The notes under the pieces: model-generated
What the model was told of the DNA's origin: nothing
What the model saw: the letters and a program-made list of their open reading frames with translations, nothing else
Database searches by the model: none
Position numbers and translations under genes: made by a program
Source of the DNA: a virus
Length of the DNA stretch: 43,327 bases
Direction: 5' to 3' (one strand)
IMG/VR virus record: IMGVR_UViG_3300045988_005956
Location: 1-43,327 of that record
Part shown: positions 37,771 to 43,327 of the stretch, one piece after another
Position numbering within the stretch: the stretch's first letter is position 1
Layout of the letters: every line of letters begins with the position of its first letter

Positions 37771-39248
37771 GCAGAAGCCCCCGTTCCGACGATGTCGCAC
37801 TCAGCCGCCGCGATGCCGCTCAGTTTGATGGTCATGCTCGTTATCGTCCCGGTAATGTGATCATCCCACGGAGTTGTGGTGTCTACATAGTCACCGGGAA
37901 GCTCCTTGTCCATGACGATCTGAACGCTGTGCGTCTGCCGCCGCATATAATAGTCAAAGACGTGCTGCGTTACCGCTGCAACATTCGTCGAGTTGACAAG
38001 CGTCGCGTCCTTGACCTCGATGACATTTGGCTTTGTGGATGCCGTAATGTTCGGGTTCTGTTTTACCGTGACCGCCGTCGTATGGAAATACTTTTTCCCG
38101 CCAACTTCAACCGTATCGCTTCCGCTTCCGGACGTGCTGTACGTGTGCGCGGTAACTCTTACCTCGGTCACGATGGCGGACTGGCTGACCTCTCCGCCGA
38201 CGTAGAGACGGTTCATAGGAATCTCCGTCGGTGTTTCCTCAGACAGCCTCCATACCTTCACGTTTCCTGTTCCGCTGGTGTCCACAACAGCCCGAAGCGC
38301 AAACGCCACCTGCTGCAAAGCTTCCCTTCGCGTGCAATCAGGAATGTATCCTGTCAGCTTCTCTGTCTGTAGTTCCTCCGAAAGCTCCAAGACGAAATAC
38401 CCGCCGAGGATGCTTTCTAAAACCGTTTTCGCGTTGGCGTTGGAATAAACAACAGCTGGGAATGGGTCTTCGTCCAGAATCCCCAAAGCGTCGATGCAGG
38501 AAACGTTGTATACATTTTTGCTTACGCGGGTAGATTCGTCGATGTAAAACGTGCCGATTTTCGTCTTTCCGTTGTACGCATAAACGGGCTGCTTCTCTTG
38601 GAAAATAAAATCAATATCTTCCATGCTGTCCAACGTGAAGTCCAGCGTGTTAATCGCCAGCTCGTCGGATATGATGTTCAATTCCTCGGTCGCCTCAACG
38701 CTCCGAAGCTCCTGCCGCTCGAACTCTCGAACAATGCCGAAAAGGATAAGGGATATCTTGATTGGTCGGTTTGGCAGATTCGTTTTGTTGAACTGAATCT
38801 TGATTTTGTTATACAGTTCCACAGTTTTCTCGCAGAAGTAATTTCCGCTGTTCGGGAAGAACTGCTGTGTGGCCAGCTGCGTTGTTCCGTTGTACCACGT
38901 GATATTCAGGTCGCTGCAATAGTCCCCGGTTTCCCCGTCAAATTTGAAGTAGATTCCGAGAGACGTAAACTGCCCGTCAAGCGAAATCTCAATAGTAGGC
39001 GGCGTATCGAACGTGCAATCCGCCTTGCTTCTCGGCGTAGACCAGAAGCCAACCGGCTCAGAAGCAGGCTTTACTTTTCGTGTGCCGTTCAGCACCCATT
39101 GATTCTGCTCCGTCGTTGCAATTGGTCCCTCGAATGCCCCGAAGGGCAGAAGCGAGGTTTTTGAAATACCCATAGCCTCGCTTGCTGTCACACTCGCAGC
39201 CGCCGCAGAACCGACCGCAACGTCTTCATACACAACTTTTACACTCAT
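37767..39248 (-). CDS. Tail-associated (Tal-position) baseplate/tip protein
   Basis: 493 aa. It is translationally coupled (ATGA) behind the Dit-position gene after the TMP. Confidence 0.6.
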   Translation of the reverse strand: MSVKVVYEDVAVGSAAAASVTASEAMGISKTSLLPFGAFEGPIATTEQNQWVLNGTRKVKPASEPVGFWSTPRSKADCTFDTPPTIEISLDGQFTSLGIYFKFDGETGDYCSDLNITWYNGTTQLATQQFFPNSGNYFCEKTVELYNKIKIQFNKTNLPNRPIKISLILFGIVREFERQELRSVEATEELNIISDELAINTLDFTLDSMEDIDFIFQEKQPVYAYNGKTKIGTFYIDESTRVSKNVYNVSCIDALGILDEDPFPAVVYSNANAKTVLESILGGYFVLELSEELQTEKLTGYIPDCTRREALQQVAFALRAVVDTSGTGNVKVWRLSEETPTEIPMNRLYVGGEVSQSAIVTEVRVTAHTYSTSGSGSDTVEVGGKKYFHTTAVTVKQNPNITASTKPNVIEVKDATLVNSTNVAAVTQHVFDYYMRRQTHSVQIVMDKELPGDYVDTTTPWDDHITGTITSMTIKLSGIAAAECDIVGTGASA

Positions 39249-39637
39249 AGCGGCGTCCTCTTCGGCTTCATCGCAACAAAATTAAATGTAAGGTTTCCCC
39301 ATTCGTTCTTCTGCCCGTAAGCTGTCAAAAGTTCATCGTCTCCGTTTGCAACATACGCATCAAAGGTCAATGTACCTTGTGCATACGGAACGGTGAGGGA
39401 ATGGCTGTCGACCGGAGCAGAAATTGCTTCGTAGAACCTGTCGTATTCCGCCGGGTCAGTTCCAACCGGGTCAAGCTCCACGCTGTAGTTGTAAAACGTG
39501 CCGATGATGTCGCGCACCATCGCGCCGGTCATCACGCGCCCCGCATTATCGCCGTCCAGAACCGCAAAAGAGCGTTTCAGACTGGTTACATGCAGGTTCG
39601 GATACGCCGTGCCGTCGAGGGTCAAAACACTTGTCAT
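39245..39637 (-). CDS. Distal tail protein (Dit-position)
   Basis: 130 aa, with an ATGA overlap to the TMP stop. Confidence 0.55.
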   Translation of the reverse strand: MTSVLTLDGTAYPNLHVTSLKRSFAVLDGDNAGRVMTGAMVRDIIGTFYNYSVELDPVGTDPAEYDRFYEAISAPVDSHSLTVPYAQGTLTFDAYVANGDDELLTAYGQKNEWGNLTFNFVAMKPKRTPL

Positions 39638-42204
39638 GCCTTCACCCCCGCCAGCCTTACGCCTACGCGCTGCGTTTCTTCGTTGTTCGCCTTATAGACA
39701 GCCCGTGCAAACTCTCTGCCGTTGAGCTGCAAGATGATCGTCTGCGACCGTCCACCGGATTCGTTCATAGCCTGTTTGAATGCCTGCACCATTGTCTCAA
39801 GCGGCGTTTCGATGTTCGTTCCGCTCTTCTGGTCACCGAGGACTGCCATAAACTCCCGGTTCGGCGGGATGACCGCGCCTTCTGCCAGCCTCGGGAGTGC
39901 TACTTTGCTCACCGGTGGGATATTAAAGCCAAACGATTTGCCACCGATAACCGGCACCCAATCCGGAATATCAATGTGAATTTTATTCAAGCAGGAAATA
40001 AGGAAATTAATTCCATCAATGATTCCGTTAATTGCCGCTTCAAACACGCCGATAAAACCGTTTAAGGCATTCTTTGCAAGGTTTGCCCACCATTCCGCCG
40101 TAAACACGGGCGCAATGTTTTTATCCCAGAAGCTTTTTACCGCTGCCCAACAGGATTTGATTTTGTCTATAATGAAATTCCAATTTGGGGCAATCGCCGC
40201 TGCAAGACTTGCACCGCCTGCCGCCAGCAACCCAAGACCAAGAGGAATTCCGGCACCTGTAAACAGGAGAACCGCGCCAAGCACAAGCAAAGATACGCCA
40301 AGTAAAGCAGTTATTACGCCGAGCGGACCGCGCAGTTTGCCTTGAATCGTGTCCCAGTTTGCTGTGATTGCTGCCCTCAATCCAACTGCACCCGCTGCCA
40401 TTAGAGCAATACCGAGTGGAATATTTGCGCCGGAAAACGCTAACACAGCGCCCAATGCAAGCAATGCCGCGCTTACAAGCGCTGTTACAACTCCTATTGG
40501 TCCTTGCAATGCCTGTTTAATGCTGCCCCAGTTAATTGCTACAACAGCTGCAAGTCCAACAGCACCCGCCGCCATTAGTGCGATGCCAAGCGGTAAATTT
40601 GCACCGGAAAACGTGAGAATCGCGCCAATGACGAGCAGCGCCGCACTCACAACTGCCATGATTTCGTAAACATTTTCCTGAACAAACTTTTTAACAGCGC
40701 CCCAGTTGATCGCAGCGGCTGCGGCAAGCCCAGCTACGCCCGCTATCATAAGCCCTATGCCAAGAGGCACATTTGCCCCGGTAAACGTCAAAATTGCGCC
40801 AATTACCAGCAGTGCACCGCTTACGATTAGCGTCAGTTCCGTGATAACCGCCTTAAGTTCTGCGACTGGTCCTTCCCAATTAGCGGCTGCTACAGCTGCA
40901 AGCCCAATAGCGCCCGCGATAATCAGTCCTAAACCGAGAGGAACGTTTGCACCGCTGAATAGCAAAATGGCGCCAAGTGCCAAAAGCGCCGCGCTCACAA
41001 TGGCTGTGATTTTACCGATCTGCCCTTGCAACAGTTCAGCGATTCCGCCCCAATTTTCCGTCACAGCATCGTAGATTGCCAACGCTCCAATTGCCATCAA
41101 CGCAAGCCCGAGCGGAATGTTCGCGCCGGAGAATGTCAAGATTGCACCAAGCGCCAAAAGCCCTGCGCCAAGAAACAGTTCCGTAATCGCGGTGATCTGG
41201 TCTTTGATTTTAGATGCGAAATTCGGTGCAATCTCACCAGACGCGCCAGCACCTCCGATGCCGCCCGCGCTTTCGTCCGAATTGCTCGACAGCTGATTGA
41301 TTTCGTCAAAGCTTGCCATCGACTTCCCAGCTTTTTTCGCCGCGCTCCCGACGCCTTCTAACGCCTCTTGCTCGTCATATAGAGACTTTGCAGCCGCTGC
41401 CGACTTTTCGTAAGTCGTTCCAAAAATCTTAGACACGATCCTAGCCAGCAATGTTATAATGCGAGTCAGTACGTTAGCGAGCGTTATAAACGCCGGAATT
41501 ACGACTTGAAGAATCGGTTGCGCCAGCGTCAGCAACGCGCCTTTCAGTCTTGCGACCGCAGCCCGTGCCTCCTCATTTTTCATGATTGTTTTCCCGAGCC
41601 AAGTCCGTAAACTTTGCAGTGCCCGAGTAATCAGGCTGAAAACAAGAACGCGCTTAAAAAGCCCGGAAACACGCTTACTGAACGCGTTCATGCTGTCGGA
41701 AACCTTCTTCGCGGCGGTCTCCATTCGCTCTGTCGCGCCGCTTGCGTTTGTGATTTGCTCCGTGAGTTCTCCGGCTTTTTGCTTCGCAGCGTCCAAAGCA
41801 GAAGTCTGCGCGATCACTTTGTCCGTGATTTTTGCATATTTCCCGTCCAAACTCTCAACGATCTTGTCTTGATCTTTTAAGATTGATTCCTGCTCTTTGA
41901 TTTGCGCCGCGACTTCCGTCTGCCGTCCGTATGCTGTGATATAAGCCTCCGGAGACGCAGACACCTCACCGGACGTGATCTGCCGAAGCCGCGCGGATTC
42001 AGCCCGCAACGATTTCAGCGCATTTTCTGCCTGTTTTGCAGATTCTTTCGCTGCGTCAAGCTGAGATTTCAAGCCACTCTGCTCTCCGGTGCTTTTTTTC
42101 AGCTCGGCTTCCATTTTGTCGATTTTCGCCGTCAGTTTATCAAGATCCTTCTGCGCGTTTTTTGCGTCGACCTCCGCTTGAACAACGATTCTTCCATCTG
42201 CCAT
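39634..42204 (-). CDS. Tape measure protein
   Basis: 856 aa with a coiled-coil N-terminus and hydrophobic Gly/Ala-rich repeats. It lies after the chaperone genes. Confidence 0.9.
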   Translation of the reverse strand: MADGRIVVQAEVDAKNAQKDLDKLTAKIDKMEAELKKSTGEQSGLKSQLDAAKESAKQAENALKSLRAESARLRQITSGEVSASPEAYITAYGRQTEVAAQIKEQESILKDQDKIVESLDGKYAKITDKVIAQTSALDAAKQKAGELTEQITNASGATERMETAAKKVSDSMNAFSKRVSGLFKRVLVFSLITRALQSLRTWLGKTIMKNEEARAAVARLKGALLTLAQPILQVVIPAFITLANVLTRIITLLARIVSKIFGTTYEKSAAAAKSLYDEQEALEGVGSAAKKAGKSMASFDEINQLSSNSDESAGGIGGAGASGEIAPNFASKIKDQITAITELFLGAGLLALGAILTFSGANIPLGLALMAIGALAIYDAVTENWGGIAELLQGQIGKITAIVSAALLALGAILLFSGANVPLGLGLIIAGAIGLAAVAAANWEGPVAELKAVITELTLIVSGALLVIGAILTFTGANVPLGIGLMIAGVAGLAAAAAINWGAVKKFVQENVYEIMAVVSAALLVIGAILTFSGANLPLGIALMAAGAVGLAAVVAINWGSIKQALQGPIGVVTALVSAALLALGAVLAFSGANIPLGIALMAAGAVGLRAAITANWDTIQGKLRGPLGVITALLGVSLLVLGAVLLFTGAGIPLGLGLLAAGGASLAAAIAPNWNFIIDKIKSCWAAVKSFWDKNIAPVFTAEWWANLAKNALNGFIGVFEAAINGIIDGINFLISCLNKIHIDIPDWVPVIGGKSFGFNIPPVSKVALPRLAEGAVIPPNREFMAVLGDQKSGTNIETPLETMVQAFKQAMNESGGRSQTIILQLNGREFARAVYKANNEETQRVGVRLAGVKA
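40177..41196 (-). repeat. Six in-frame 174-nt (58-aa) tandem repeats inside the tape measure gene
   Basis: The F(S/T)GA(N/G) motif recurs at residues 358, 416, 474, 532, 590 and 648, an exact 58-aa period. Confidence 0.85.
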
Positions 42205-42216
42205 TTTCTCACCACC

Positions 42217-42783
42217 TTATTTTGAAATGCCCCATGCGGCTAGAACGTCCTTTTCGGACTCTGTATACGTCGTTTTCAGATCGATAATATCCCTGTTTTT
42301 CCGGTAGAATTCCCTGTCCTGTTTATCCAGAGACTTCCCGTGCGCTTTTTTATCGCGTATGCGGACGACTTGAGCAAAGAGACAGTCACCGATCTCCTGA
42401 TAGAAGCTCAGAAACGAGTACCAGTGTAGATATTCCAGCGCCCGCACCTCACACCCGGCAATCCGGTTGATCGGAGCAATAATGATGTCAAAATCCTGTT
42501 CCCACGACATCAATGCAGGTTCGTGTTTCTTCTCTTTCCGATCTTGCCCCCGGTCAATAAACCGGAAGCATTGATTTAGGGCCTCCTGATAGTCTCCTGG
42601 AGGCATTTCGTCGAAACCGGGATAAAAAATCTCTAGTGCCGCCTCGGTCTTGAGATGGTCATCCAACTCGTTATCGGTAAGAGCGGTGAGGATATCCAAC
42701 ACCGCTCTATAGTCCGACCGAATTCCGTATTCTGTTCCGTTTACATCAACCGAGGTCGGCAGCGACCAGATTACTTTTTCCAT
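42217..42783 (-). CDS. Gp15-family / tail assembly chaperone 'T'-position protein
   Basis: 188 aa, MEKVIWSLPTSVDVNGTEYGIRSDYRAVLDILTAL... It lies in the -1 frame relative to the upstream chaperone and overlaps it by 13 nt. Confidence 0.6.
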   Translation of the reverse strand: MEKVIWSLPTSVDVNGTEYGIRSDYRAVLDILTALTDNELDDHLKTEAALEIFYPGFDEMPPGDYQEALNQCFRFIDRGQDRKEKKHEPALMSWEQDFDIIIAPINRIAGCEVRALEYLHWYSFLSFYQEIGDCLFAQVVRIRDKKAHGKSLDKQDREFYRKNRDIIDLKTTYTESEKDVLAAWGISK

Positions 42784-43190
42784 CGCTCCGTATACTTCTT
42801 GATTCTCGGGTCAGTAAGTTTCTTCTGGCGGGAGAACGTCGTATCGATCTGATCAATGACGGCAAGCATCAGATTGCACCAGACAGGAAGACCGTCGGCC
42901 ATTGCATAGACGTTCATCGTGCCAAACAGGGGCGCGCAGATCGGCTTCCCGAAGAGTCCATCCAGCATGTCGCGCATTTCTTGGTCTCTACGGCGCGCAA
43001 TCTCAAAAATTTCCTTTTTGTCTGCGCAGCGCTCAACTTCTGCCTTGTACGCATCCTGCTTTTTGTCCAGTTCTTCAAACGTGTTGTAGATTTTCTCTAC
43101 AACTTCGCTGTCCGTAGGGTTGAATTCAATCGTCACAGCGTCGTTGATGTTAAACGCCACTATGCCGGTGTCAAATCTGATTTCTGCCAT
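42771..43190 (-). CDS. Tail assembly chaperone ('G'-position)
   Basis: 139 aa. The RBS AAGGAGGG lies right after the major tail stop. Confidence 0.6.
   Translation of the reverse strand: MAEIRFDTGIVAFNINDAVTIEFNPTDSEVVEKIYNTFEELDKKQDAYKAEVERCADKKEIFEIARRRDQEMRDMLDGLFGKPICAPLFGTMNVYAMADGLPVWCNLMLAVIDQIDTTFSRQKKLTDPRIKKYTERWKK
42774..42780 (-). promoter_or_regulatory. Candidate -1 programmed frameshift site G_AAA_AAG
   Basis: The zero frame reads ...CGA TGG AAA AAG TAA. A -1 slip at AAA AAG continues GTA ATC TGG, which is the frame of 42217-42783. Confidence 0.45.
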
Positions 43191-43203
43191 CTATCGTCCC
43201 TCC

Positions 43204-43327
43204 TTATGCCGCTTCCGGCGTAAACGTGATTTCTCCGTTGGAACCAACCGCCGCAGTGCCGGTGATTCTCTCGCCGCCCGGCGTTACCGTAAGCGGCATA
43301 CCTACGAAGCCGCCGCCTTCGCCGCCA
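43204..43327 (-). CDS. Major tail protein, C-terminal end (continuation of 1-509 across the circular junction)
   Basis: The in-frame reading is ...GSNGEITFTPEAA with TAA at 43206-43204. Confidence 0.75.
   Translation of the reverse strand, partial: GGEGGGFVGMPLTVTPGGERITGTAAVGSNGEITFTPEAA
43229..43327. repeat. Second copy of the 99-bp terminal repeat (identical to 1-99)
   Basis: Direct comparison of the two ends. Confidence 0.95.

Overview
This window is one complete, circularly closed genome of a temperate siphovirus-type phage or prophage. Bases 1-99 are identical to 43229-43327, giving a unit length of 43,228 bp, and the major tail gene is split across the junction. The host is probably a Gram-positive, Clostridia-like bacterium, judged from the strong AGGAGG-type RBSs and the moderately GC-rich sequence seen by eye.

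Nearly all genes are on the minus strand.
- Head and packaging module (about 512-8614): TerS, TerL, portal, Mu-F/gp7-like morphogenesis protein, scaffold, major capsid and head-tail joining proteins.
- Early module (about 8771-21878): Cro-like repressor, a YqaJ exonuclease / Sak-type annealase / NinB / SSB / RuvC recombination set, HNH, a DUF1376 replication-associated protein, an orphan DNA methyltransferase and many small Cys-rich proteins.
- Plus-strand lysogeny block (21900-26634): a tandem-HTH CI-like repressor, several membrane proteins and a tyrosine integrase.
- attP region (26634-26897): a tRNA 3'-end fragment, a terminator and 8 arm-type repeats.
- Accessory block between attP and the lysis genes (26898-30944).
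- Lysis cassette (30957-32504).
- Unusually long tail and host-recognition module (32535-43190, wrapping round to 509).

The least ordinary items are:
1. An early gene built from about 25 near-identical 18-bp repeats encoding G-I-(E/K)-A-G-(Y/W/C) hexads.
2. An adjacent non-coding iteron-like array that appears to have replaced most of a conserved early gene.
3. A cargo operon driven by a perfect consensus promoter with an embedded 21-bp palindrome.
4. A cluster of Q/N/G/Cys-rich low-complexity proteins together with a BclA-C-terminal-like (C1q/TNF-fold-like) protein.

I did not see any CRISPR array, complete tRNA or rRNA gene, reverse transcriptase or recognisable named defence system. All family names come from reading the translations, since no searches were run.
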